Both the position numbers and the translations under genes were made by a program. From assembly GCF_000281045.1 (NCBI RefSeq), contig NW_008246078.1, positions 219,655 through 239,654 on the forward strand: DNA of 20,000 bases, written 5' to 3'. Positions 10,469-20,000 of this stretch are shown here, in pieces (within the stretch, counting starts at the first letter, position 1; each line of letters opens with the position of its first letter). The DNA comes from Saprolegnia diclina VS20. Taxonomy: Eukaryota. The notes beneath the pieces were generated by a model. The model saw only the letters and a list, made by a program, of their open reading frames with translations. It was not told the origin of the DNA and ran no database searches.

Positions 10469-10910
10469 ACCATAAACATCATCACATCATCTTCATCTTC
10501 CTTTGCTCAATGTACTCGCCTCCTGCGCCTCCAACCACGGCGGTCAGCGACGGCTAGTACCTAATCCTGCTGCGGCTCTGGTGTGCCAAGGAGGCGTGGG
10601 ACCAGTAGCTTTGCTAGCCCGTTGCAGTGGCGTGGCGCAGAGCTGCGCGCGGACCAGGTCGGCTCGCCTGCGTCGTAGGCTGCCGACGCTGGCTGGCCGA
10701 CGAGCCGTCTCTGCAAAAGGAACCTCGTGCCAAGAAGGTCGAATGGGTGCTTGGTCGGACCAGCTGGCGTCGTGCACCCCAGAATGTTGGTCGTTGCACC
10801 AGCCCAATCGAGCCAGGCACGACGCTAGCGGCCCGCTTGCATCATCCGTCCACGCAGGCAAGCTCTCAGCAGAGAACGGCGTGTCGTGGGTGTACACCGC
10901 ATAGCGCAAG

Positions 10911-13221
10911 ATGCTACACAACACCATGATCCAGCCCATGCCCGAGGTACGCCACCAAGGACAGGATGACGTATACGCGATGTGGCCGGAGCGCGATCGG
11001 GCCATCCTTGCCACTCGTGCCAACGCCGACAAGGTACGGACGTGCGAGGCGCGTGCGCGGCTGTGCTAACAGCGAGGATGTAGACGATGGCCCTCGGCGC
11101 AGCCTACCTCCCGGCCCACCTCGTTGTATGCGCACCGATGCATGCTATGGTGGTATCGTGGCTGACGTGGCAAGTAGGCATGCGAGACAGAGAACGCCAT
11201 CGACGCGGTGGCTACCGACAGAGACACGATCGATGCGACCGACAGCGTCTGCCCTTTCTCTGGATGCCGATGGCTTCTGACGATGGCGTCTCGTAGGCGG
11301 GACACACCGCACTCATGCTTGCAGCGTCGACCCAGGAAGCGGAGCGACTCTTGCAGCTCGGTGCGGCCATCGACGTCCAAGATCATGTACTCTACCTCTC
11401 TCGACCCAGCTTGCTCAGCGTACGATGACTAGTTGGGACAGACGGCGCTGATGCTGGCCGCGACCGCCAACGACGTGGAGCGCACGCAGCTGCTGCTCTC
11501 GCACCACGCGAACGTCCATCTGCGAGACGCAGTACGAGCGCCTCGCCTTCTCGCATCAAACAGGAGTCAACGTTGTGTAGGAAGGGTCGACTGTGCTGCT
11601 GCGGTGCGCCGAGGCCAGCGCCGAGATCGTCGCGCTGCTCTTGGCCCACGGTGCGGACCCGGACGCAATCGACCGCGTACAGGCCGCCACGTCACTTCTC
11701 TCACAACTCAGTCTACGTGTCTAGGACGGCGACAACACTCTGATGCGCGCCGTGACGAGCCAGAACGTACCCGTCATCAAATCGCTGCTGCCGGTGACCA
11801 ACGTCACTCACGCCAACCCCAAGGTCAGTAACTCCAAGCCAACTTCGCTCGCTCACTCCAAGATCGTAGAATGGCAACACCCTGTTGCACGTGGCAGCGT
11901 GGACAGGCCACAGCCGTCGGTCGCGCCTCCTGGGGTCGATCGCTGCCGTCTGCAACGTCAACGCCTGCAATCATGTACACTATCGTCCTCTTCTCGTATG
12001 TCGCTCGGACGCGGCGACTAGGCCGGTGAGACGCCGCTCCTCTACGCGCTCAGAACAGCCAAGGACGAGCAAGACCTCTTTGAGACCATCAACACGCTAC
12101 TCGGCGCCGGCGCGTCCGTGCACACGCCGTGTCATGCTGTACATATATATATTATGGATGGACAAGTTGTCTCATCGGTGGTGGACAATGCTTTAGGGTG
12201 CGTCACCGTTTCTTATTGCGTGCCAGCGCGGGTTTGCAGCCGTGCTCTACGTCCTCGCCCAAGCGCGCGCCAACGTCAACCACAAAGATCACGTACTCCA
12301 CCTCGCCTCTCGATACTTTGATACTTAAATCGATCGATGCGGCAGACGGGACGCACGGGGCTGCACCATGCGGTGGTGCGCGGCCATACGCAGAGCATTG
12401 ACGTACTCGTGATCCTCTTCGACGTCGACGTCAACTGCGCGACGCCGGTACGTGCCGCTGTCATCCTGCCATCGCCGCCTCCGACAATATGTCGCGTAGA
12501 CTGGCGACACGCCGCTTTTGCTCGCGAGCGCTGGCGGCAACAAGCACATGGTGCGCACGTTCCTGACCAAGCGGCGCATGGACCTCGCGCATGCCAACCT
12601 CGTACATCACTTTGTGGGGCAAGAGCATCTGATGGAAGCGAGCGTAGAACGGCGAGTCGGCGTTGCACGTCGCCTGCGCCGGGGGCCACGCAGCCGTCGT
12701 GCACGAGCTGCTCGCGTACGCCAGCCATTCGCTGCATGGGCGCGACAAGGTACGACATACGAGCGTGAGAGTGGCGTGAGAATAAGAACTGGGATGGTTG
12801 TAGCGCGGTCGCACGCCTTTTCTGACGGCGTGCGCGCGCGGGCACGTCTCGGTGCTCAAGACGCTCCTGCACACGGGGGCGATTGATGTACATCACTGCG
12901 ATCACGTACGCAGTCTGGTGACGATGCTGGGTCTAAATCTGGTGTGAAAAATGTAGTCGGGCCAGTCGGGGCTGCTGCTGGCGAGTGCGAACGGCCACTT
13001 TGACGTTGTCCAGTGGTTTCTCGAGATACCGACCGTGCTCGCGACCGTCTGCAATCACGTAAGTATTTGCTGCGACATGAAGAATGTGGACAATTTGTCG
13101 TTAGATGGGTTACGAAGCGTTTCACGCGGCTGTGGTTGCCGGCCATGGCCCCGTCGCCGCGCTCCTCTTCCAGCTGCCGCTCGTCGCGATTGAAGCGGCT
13201 GCACGCGCGCTCGACGGCTAA
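10911..13221 (+). CDS. Ankyrin-repeat protein (~13 repeats, ~520 aa), 16 exons
   Basis: Exons: 10911-11033, 11084-11125, 11178-11246, 11297-11386, 11433-11531, 11581-11676, 11725-11823, 11870-11974, 12022-12138, 12197-12292, 12346-12447, 12500-12601, 12648-12749, 12804-12905, 12957-13058, 13105-13221(TAA). All introns are GT..AG, phase 0. Each exon from 11297 is one ankyrin repeat (GHTALMLA, GQTALMLAA, GNTLLHVAA, GETPLLYA, GDTPLLLA, GESALHVAC, GRTPFLTAC). The 5' end is less certain. Confidence 0.8.
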
Positions 13222-13600
13222 GTGTAGTGTCAACTATTCTGTAATTTTCTGCATTTTGTGGCAAAGTGCCAGTTGATTGGGATTGTTAAATTTACTGGCG
13301 CGCCGCATAGAAAAAGAGAGGGAGAAAGTCATGGATCCTATTTATTTTGTCGCTTTTTTTTTCTTTTTTTTCGCTCTTTATATCAAGTTGATACCATTCA
13401 TCGTAGGCATTTTGGCCCGACGTTCCACCGCGGGTCATGCGGACCTTGGTGCTTCGGGCGCCTCCTTGGGTGGCCAGCAGAGCTATCCAACTGCAGCAAG
13501 ACTTTGGCCATTGAGTTTCCACAGAACGCTTCAATTGTGAGAGGTTTTGGGAGACCAGCTGCCATGATTACAATCTGGAACGGTGACCAAGAAGCCCAAG

Positions 13601-14320
13601 ATGGGACTCACGACGTCACGGGCGGCGCCGGCCATCGACGCCGTCTTGCGCAACCAGGAGCTCTTGGCCGTCATCGCCTTGTATCAGCGCGGCCTGCCCG
13701 AGAGCCTCGCACCGCTCGTGCCCGGGCTGCGGCGCATGGCCCAACGCCCAAAGCAACGGATCACGACCACCGACCCTGACCTCGACGCACGCTTCCGCAC
13801 GTGGCAATCAGCTCACAGCGTCGAGGAGCTCGCGCCTCTGATGCGCAACAGCACGCTACAGACCGGGCTGCGGCGCTTCGCCCTTCTTCACGGCCATCTC
13901 GAAGTCGTCGCCTTTGTCGCTGCGGCCACGCGCGTCGTCGACTGGGACTGGCACATGGCAGCGTCGAATGGCCACACGTCGGTGCTCGACTGGCTCGAAG
14001 CGAGTGGCGAGCCGCATCCGCGTGGCCTCATGGAGTGCGGCGTCAGCAACAACCAGCTGGCCGTTGTCATCTGGGCGCACACGCGGCAGCTCGATGTCGC
14101 GCTCAATCTGCGCACCGTGGCGGCCGAGCAAGGGTATCTCGAGATTCTGAGGTACTTGGACGCGCATTCGCTGAGCAGCTGGGACCCGATAGCCGTCTCG
14201 ATCGCCGCCGAGCGCGGTCATCTCGACGTACTTGGCTTCCTGCACGCCAAGCAGTATGCCGGGACGCGACCCGTCACCGCAGACAGGCGTTCCGAGTGGG
14301 GTTCCGAGTGGGGAAATTGA
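13601..14320 (+). CDS. Intronless ankyrin-like repeat protein (AAxxGHLxVV type), possibly 3'-truncated
   Basis: First ATG at 13601 (MGLTTS). N-terminal VLRNQELLAVIALYQRG motif, then short repeats LHGHLEVVAFV, AASNGHTSVLDWL, AAEQGYLEILRYL and AAERGHLDVLGFLH. I recall this type as an expanded family in Saprolegniales. It ends abruptly in RSEWGSEWGN. Confidence 0.7.
   Translation: MGLTTSRAAPAIDAVLRNQELLAVIALYQRGLPESLAPLVPGLRRMAQRPKQRITTTDPDLDARFRTWQSAHSVEELAPLMRNSTLQTGLRRFALLHGHLEVVAFVAAATRVVDWDWHMAASNGHTSVLDWLEASGEPHPRGLMECGVSNNQLAVVIWAHTRQLDVALNLRTVAAEQGYLEILRYLDAHSLSSWDPIAVSIAAERGHLDVLGFLHAKQYAGTRPVTADRRSEWGSEWGN
14290..14313 (+). repeat. Perfect 12-bp tandem duplication TTCCGAGTGGGG x2
   Basis: Identical copies at 14290-14301 and 14302-14313, just before the stop of the ankyrin-like ORF. 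Confidence 0.9.
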
Positions 14321-14795
14321 AATGTGCATAGATGTATAGCCTTTAACATTAAAGAGAGAAGTGTTTCACGGACGCTTTGTGTAGCAACCACTTGCAGATA
14401 TGTACGAGAGACGAGTAGTCGTATTCTTCTCCTTGACTCGCTGCATTCGGGGCCATGTGTTGCTCATCTGACGTCGTTTGGCGGCTCGGACGACGCACTA
14501 GATGGGCTCCTTTCAAGCGTCGCGGTCTACATCGTTTTCAGAGATAGTTGAGAGACAGTGGCGTACGACATATTCCTCCTGCTTCGGTCCAGGACGGAGA
14601 CCCTACCCCTTTCATCGGATCGCCAGCGTCCGGAGCGAAACAAACGACAACAATCGACAAGCTTGGGTGATTACGACTAGAATTCGATACAACATACTTG
14701 CAGGCCGTGTCAACTCTCTAAGATTGGGAGGAAGTAGAATGGAGTGCGCACGGTAGTGTGCCTTTGAGGTTGGCCAATTGAGATTGCTTGGGCGG

Positions 14796-14912
14796 CAGCG
14801 TCGCCCGCTGGAGCCGCTTGCTCCAGATCTGCAATTCGCGCTCGCTCGAGCAAAGCGGCTCGTCGCAGTCGACGCAGTGGTCGGCCAGCGCCGCGTTCAC
14901 TGCATAGCACCA
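14796..14912 (-). pseudogene. Inverted fragment homologous to the 3' end (second zinc ribbon) of the downstream kinase gene
   Basis: The reverse complement aligns ungapped with 19801-19917 at 110/117 nt (hand count): WCYAVNAALADHCVDCDEPLCSSERELQIWSKRLQRATL vs ...SSERKLQILSKRLQRATL. The flanks are not homologous. Confidence 0.88.
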
Positions 14913-15195
14913 TCTCGTGGGCGGATGCGTAGACCGATACGTAACCGCCACGTTCACGACGGACCCTACCCCTACCATCGTATTCGCACGAGTTTGGCGT
15001 CACGAATTATAACTATATAGTACGGATCCAACTATATAACTATAACTACACACGACTAGAGTGTCCTTACAACAAGAATCGCGCATCGAGACGCGCTACT
15101 AGAACATATAAATAACAGCAGGGTCTTCAACAAATAAAGTTTGAGAGGACCCGAGACCGCGCTTGCTACAGTATCGAAAACACGTGCTTGCGCGC

Positions 15196-18100
15196 ATGGG
15201 GAACGAAGCCGGGTGCGCCCTCCTGAAAGGGTACGAGGAGCTCAATGCGCCTGTAGGAAGCCCTCGTTGAAGAAGCGCTTTACGCTTGTACGTGCTCGCA
15301 GGGCCTCCATGTCGCTGTGTCTGAGTGGCATCTGCAGGGTAATAGCAAGGGCAGTGCAGATGACGCGCTGATCGCCGCTGTTTTCAACGACGACTTTGCC
15401 ACGTTGGTTGCCTTGCTCAAGGCCGGCGCGAACCCCAACCACCGCGACGCTCAGGTTTACCGCGAAACCGACAAGATTGTACATAACGACGACGTAGCTG
15501 GGCGGGACGCCGCTGTTCCTCGCCGCCGCCATGAATAGGGATCCAACCATGATCGACGCGCTTCTTCGCGCGTCCGCCGACGTCAACTTCCAGCACAAGG
15601 TGCGTCGTGCGAGCCAGCCAGCGCAAAATTGTCGTCCTGTGATGTGTAGACCGGGAACACGGCGCTGCACGTAGCGGCGCAGGAAGGCGCGTTGGGCAAT
15701 CTGTCGTTGCTGCTGGCCGCCAACGCGAGTCTCAACGTCACCGACGAGGTACGACGGGATATCAACCAATGGCTCGGTGGTTGATGGGCCTAGTCGGGAC
15801 GCACGCCGCTGCACGACGCCGCCGAGCTCGGGCACCTCGAAGCGTGCCAGCGGCTTGTCGAAGCCGGCGCGCTCCTCAACGTCACCAACAATGTACGTTC
15901 ATTCTAGAATGCAGCGTCTTCATGGCGGGTGGTAGAATGGCGAGACGCCGCTCTTTGTTGCGACGCGCAAAGGCGAGATGCGCGTCGTCCAGTACCTGCT
16001 CAACGACCTCCGCGTGCGCGTCGACGCTGTTGCCAACGTAGTTTGAGATTGCACTTGACAAGGGACACACAGGCGGCGCTAGGACGGCAACACGCCCTTG
16101 TGTGTGGCGATATCGACCATGAAGGCGAGTGTCGTGGACCTGTACATCCGCCGCGGCGCCAACATCAACCACCAAGGCAAGGTACGTTCACTGCGTTCCA
16201 CTAGCCAGAGTGTCGAGGCGCTCTGTACGATGCAGGAAGGCATGACACCGCTGTGTGTCGCAGCGTCGGTCCAGGACGCAGATAGCGTCCGACTCTTGCT
16301 CCAGTATGGTCCCGACGTCGACTGCTGCTGCAGCGTACTGTGCCAGCCTGTCATTCACGCCTCACACGTCGAGTAGAAGGGCATGAGTCCGCTGAGCTAC
16401 GCGTCGATGCATGGAGATACGGCGATCGTGCGTCTTCTCTTGGACGCCAACGCGACTGTGCTAAGGGCCGATGTACCGGTACGTACTTGCATCTTGCGGC
16501 TGCCATTGAGAGACATGTAGCCCGGGTGCACGGCGCTGGAGATGGCCAAGAAGGGCGGGCACCATGACGTGGTCCAGATGTTGATGCTAGCAGCGGACAA
16601 GCACCTTGAGGCATTTCTATCCCTCGAGGAGGTGATCTTAGTGCTGATTAGGTCAAGGCGCCGTCGTTCGAGGCAACGTTGTCCGAGCGACTCAAGCGCC
16701 TCTGCCAGCCCAAGGAAGAAGACATGTCCGAGCTCTGTCAGCGCCTCTGCAGCAGCGTGCCCTCTCCGGTGGACTTTGGAACCGAGAGCGAGCGTAACCC
16801 GGTACACGATACAGTCCATGACGAGACGCATGGACGCGGCGCGTAGAGTGGACCTGACCTTATGGCCGAGCAGCTGCAGCGTCTTCGCGCCGCGTTCAAT
16901 GACAAAGCCCAGGTACGCGTCGTCTCTGCTGTGCCGTAACACTGTCGTATTCTAGTCACGCCTCCAGTCCGACTTGGTGCGGGCCGTCGACAAGGACTTG
17001 ACTGCGACGGCAGAACACGCGCTCCAGGCAGGCGCCGACCCCAACGTTGTCGATAGCGTACGTACGCATAACACAAGGGACAATTTGTCCTTAAATTTGA
17101 CTAGACCCACGGCGTCCTCCTCTGCCGCGCGGCGCTTCAAGGCTCGGTCCCGATGGTCGACGTCCTCCTCACCGCTGGCGCCAAAGTCAACGCCACAGCC
17201 AGCGTACGCCCCGCTCTGTGGCCGCGATTGTTTCAGTGTATCAAGTGCAGGACGGACACTCGGCGCTGATGCAAGCAGTCTTGGGCCAGCACGAGCGCGT
17301 CATCGAGCGACTGATCAAGGCGCACGCCGATGTGAACCAGCCCACTGCGGTGCGTCCGACGGCAGCGCATTCAGTTGGCATCGACGAGCGTAGGGTGGGT
17401 GCTGCCCTCTGTACGCCGCCGCGAGCTACGGCTACGACGCCATCGTGCGCAAACTGGTGGCAGCCGGCGCCGACGTCAACCAGTGCAACCAAGTACACGG
17501 CCGAGAATCTCCGATCGTAGCTCACACATTTCACTGCAGGCGTACTGGCCGCCGCTGCTTGTGAGTGTGCATGGCGGCCACGCCGGCATCGTCGAGACAT
17601 TACTCAACGCTGGCGCCAACCGCTTGGCCGTCACCCACGTACGCTGTCTTTTCTACGAGGTCGACGAATGAGGACGCAATATGTCCTTAGACCAACGAGA
17701 CGGCGATGGATATCGCTAAACGATGCCAGCGGAAGGACCTTCTGGCCTTGCTCGAGGCGCCGCCGGTACAGTACGACCACGTCTCCCGACACTCTATTGG
17801 TGGGTAGGAGCTGTTCGACGCGGTCCAGAGCAGTGACGTTTACCGCGTCATAGCCTGTCTGCGCCGCGGCGACGACCCCAACATGCGCAGAGCGGTACGC
17901 CAATTTTGACATTTCTGCTTGTCGACACCAAGTTGAAGGATGGGACGCCGCTGCTTCACGTGGCCGTGCGCCGCGGGGATCGTGACGTCCTCAGCGCGCT
18001 TCTCCTCAGCAAGGGCCTCTTGATCGACCAGACAAATGCGGTGAGCTCAAATTCCGTAGGTAGTCTAGATGTAGGCTATGACTACTAGGCCGGCGAGACG

Positions 18101-19926
18101 GCCCTTGTGTACGCCACCGCCACGGCCAGGCGCGCCATGGCCGATGCGATCCAAGCCGAGTGTCTCCGACGTGGCCAACCGGTAGCGTCCTTCTGCATCC
18201 TGCCTGACACTCTGCAAGAGAAACTAGCTTGCCCCACAAGCGCTGCCACGTGACGTGGCGTCGGACCCTAGCCCTAGCCCTAGCCCTAGCCCTGCCCCGC
18301 CCGTCATCAAAGAAGTCGTGTCGACGCTCGTGGTTGCGTCGAGTGCAGAAGATGATGCGCCAGCAACCAGCACACCAGATGCACTCGATCCGGTACGTAT
18401 TCGTATTTGTGTACAACATGTCGTTAGCATCCATCGATAGACAATCGCGCTCTTCAACGCATTGCGCGCTGGCCAGCGAGACATCGCGTTGGCGTTGTAC
18501 GCTGCGACGTACACGGCCCCGATCGAAGTTCGCCCTCGCTTCGTTTTCCTTGATAAACAATATTGCCTGTAGGTTAATGACGACGACTATACGGTTTTGC
18601 CGACCATCTTGGGCACCGGGGGCTTTGCCGTCGTGTACGCGGGGACCTTTCGTGGCCAAGACGTGGCCGTCAAGCGACTCGTGCGGCGCTACCACCATAA
18701 CCACAGCCGCACGTGGCAGGACGAGGTCAACGCCAACGTCCGGTACACACCGCATCTCGCTTTCTCGAGCTGTATCAATGTTTCAACCTAGCTGTCCGTC
18801 GCCGTACATTGTGCAACTGCTCGCGCTTTCGTCGTCGTCGGCCACGCACCAAGACTTGGTCTTCGAACGCATGGACGCAGGCGACCTCTTTACGCTCTTG
18901 CGGCAGAAGCAGCGCCTCGGTACGCAGCTGCCGTACAATGACGTGGCGATCGCATACGCCGTGGCGAGTGCGCTCTGCGATCTGCACAGCCGCCGCCTCG
19001 TGCACCTCGACCTCAAGAGCGCCAACGTGCTGCTCTGCTCGAGAGGATTTGTCAAGGTCGCAGACCTCGGCCTCGCGTGCGAGAACGACAGCCACACAAA
19101 GACGGCGGAGAAGGGCACGATCGGCTACATTGCGCCCGAAGTGTGGGTCGGTGGCAAGTACGGCGCGGCCGCCGACGTCTACTCGCTCGGCGTCCTCCTC
19201 ATCGAGCTCTGCACGCTCGACCGGCCATTTCCAGAGCTGACCAAGGCTTTTGACGTCTACCGCGCGGTCGTCAACGAGCGCCGGTGCCCCGAGCTCCCGA
19301 AACACGTCAAGCCGTGGCTGCGACGCCTCACCGAAGCCTGCCTCTCGTACGACCCGCGCGACCGACCGTCCGCAAATGAGGTTGCGACCTGCCTCTACGA
19401 GCATCTCGAGGATGATGCCTCTGACGAGCCCACCGTCGACGTCGCTCCCGAGTCCGCGCCAACAGAAGAGTCCGCGACAACAAAAGAGCCCATACCAACA
19501 GACGAGCCTGCGCCAACAGACGAGCCCGCGCCAGAGCCGACGGCCAAGGTGTCAGTGGAAACAACGCCCAATGACCGACCTCTCGAGGTAACCCTACCCC
19601 TTGACCTACCCCTGCTGACCGTTGAGCAGAACGACGTGGTGAGCGTGCGCTGTGTCGTGTGTGATGCGACCCACAGCTTCTTGCAGACGCACTGCGACTT
19701 GTGCGGCGAGGCGCTGCCGGATGCCAGTGTGAAGCTCCGCGTCGTCGTGCGTCGTCTGAGCCAGCAGTCGAGTCGCGTCGACACGAGCATGCGTTGTGAG
19801 TGGTGCTATGCAGTAAACGCGGCGCTGGCCGACCACTGCGTCGACTGCGACGAGCCGCTCTGCTCAAGCGAGCGCAAACTGCAGATCTTGAGCAAGCGGC
19901 TCCAGCGCGCGACGCTGTCTGCTTAG
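15196..19926 (+). CDS. Ankyrin-repeat TKL-like Ser/Thr protein kinase with putative N-myristoylation and C-terminal double zinc ribbon, ~1190 aa, 26 exons
   Basis: Exons: 15196-15212, 15257-15287, 15338-15454, 15498-15599, 15650-15748, 15794-15892, 15936-16037, 16083-16181, 16236-16334, 16377-16478, 16521-16610(or 16631), 16652-16801, 16847-16912, 16956-17057, 17105-17203, 17251-17349, 17394-17492, 17540-17638, 17691-17765, 17808-17894, 17939-18040, 18089-18181, 18228-18392, 18441-18527, 18573-18742, 18792-19926. About 18 ankyrin repeats. Intact kinase motifs: LGTGGFAVVY, VAVK, alphaC E, HLDLKSANVLL, ADLG, GTIGYIAPE, ADVYSLG, PRDRPS. C-terminal CVVC-x11-CDLC and CEWC-x11-CVDC. One junction (16611-16651) is atypical. 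Confidence 0.78.
18266..18292 (+). repeat. (CCCTAG)4 microsatellite encoding a PSPSPSPSP linker
   Basis: Four exact CCCTAG units in frame within kinase exon 18228-18392. Confidence 0.85.
19447..19540 (+). repeat. Degenerate 18-bp coding minisatellite (PTDEPA-like) after the kinase domain
   Basis: About 5 units of ccaacagacgagccygcg-like sequence encode PESAPTEESATTKEPIPTDEPAPTDEPAPEP. Confidence 0.8.
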
Positions 19927-20000
19927 CTCTCTTGTCCGTTCCACGTAGCAAGTACCTTTGTTTCAAGTTTTCAAAGAACATTCGTGTGGTGTCAAGTCCT

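Noticed and set aside
13277..13540. Small hydrophobic ORF (MDPIYFVAFFFFFFALY...)
   Set aside because: The hydrophobicity derives from a poly-T tract in AT-rich intergenic or promoter DNA, and codon usage is unlike the genuine genes.
18266..18292. (CCCTAG)n as an interstitial telomere repeat
   Set aside because: There are only four units, they are in frame as a Pro-Ser linker, and they differ from the TTTAGGG-type repeat expected in oomycetes.
18229..18791. N-terminal part of the 565-aa ORF as the real kinase N-terminus
   Set aside because: The Gly-rich loop and VAVK lie in another frame (18573-18742) and are joined by splicing. The ORF's first ~187 aa are read-through of introns and off-frame exons.
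867..18791. Introner-type mobile introns or a CRISPR-like periodic array explaining the ~145-nt periodicity
   Set aside because: The introns share no visible sequence similarity beyond splice signals and have no terminal repeats. The periodicity is simply ankyrin exon plus short intron.

Overview
Eukaryotic, GC-rich, gene-dense genomic DNA, most likely an oomycete of the Saprolegniales (Saprolegnia/Achlya-like). This is inferred from ~41-58 nt GT-AG introns, INR/FPR-like core promoters and the ankyrin/kinase gene families. The ORF track fragments three large spliced genes, which I reconstructed by hand: a ~1600-aa ankyrin-repeat TRP-like cation channel (600-5952, 13 exons), a ~520-aa ankyrin-only protein (10911-13221, 16 exons) and a ~1190-aa putatively N-myristoylated ankyrin-repeat TKL-like kinase with C-terminal zinc ribbons (15196-19926, 26 exons). 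Between them lie intronless genes for an HSF-family transcription factor, ADE2 (PurK-PurE fusion), RRP4/EXOSC2 and a probably truncated ankyrin-like protein, plus an inverted 117-bp relic of the kinase 3' end. The main highlights are four. (1) 50 of 52 predicted introns are phase 0, and nearly every ankyrin repeat is its own ~96-105 nt symmetric exon. (2) The TRP channel has an unusual architecture: a beta-rich domain and a CxxC/CxxC motif within the ankyrin array, two extra hydrophobic helices, and a TRPM-like FGQ filter. (3) A heat-shock element lies upstream of the HSF gene. (4) One kinase intron must be non-canonical or ultra-short.
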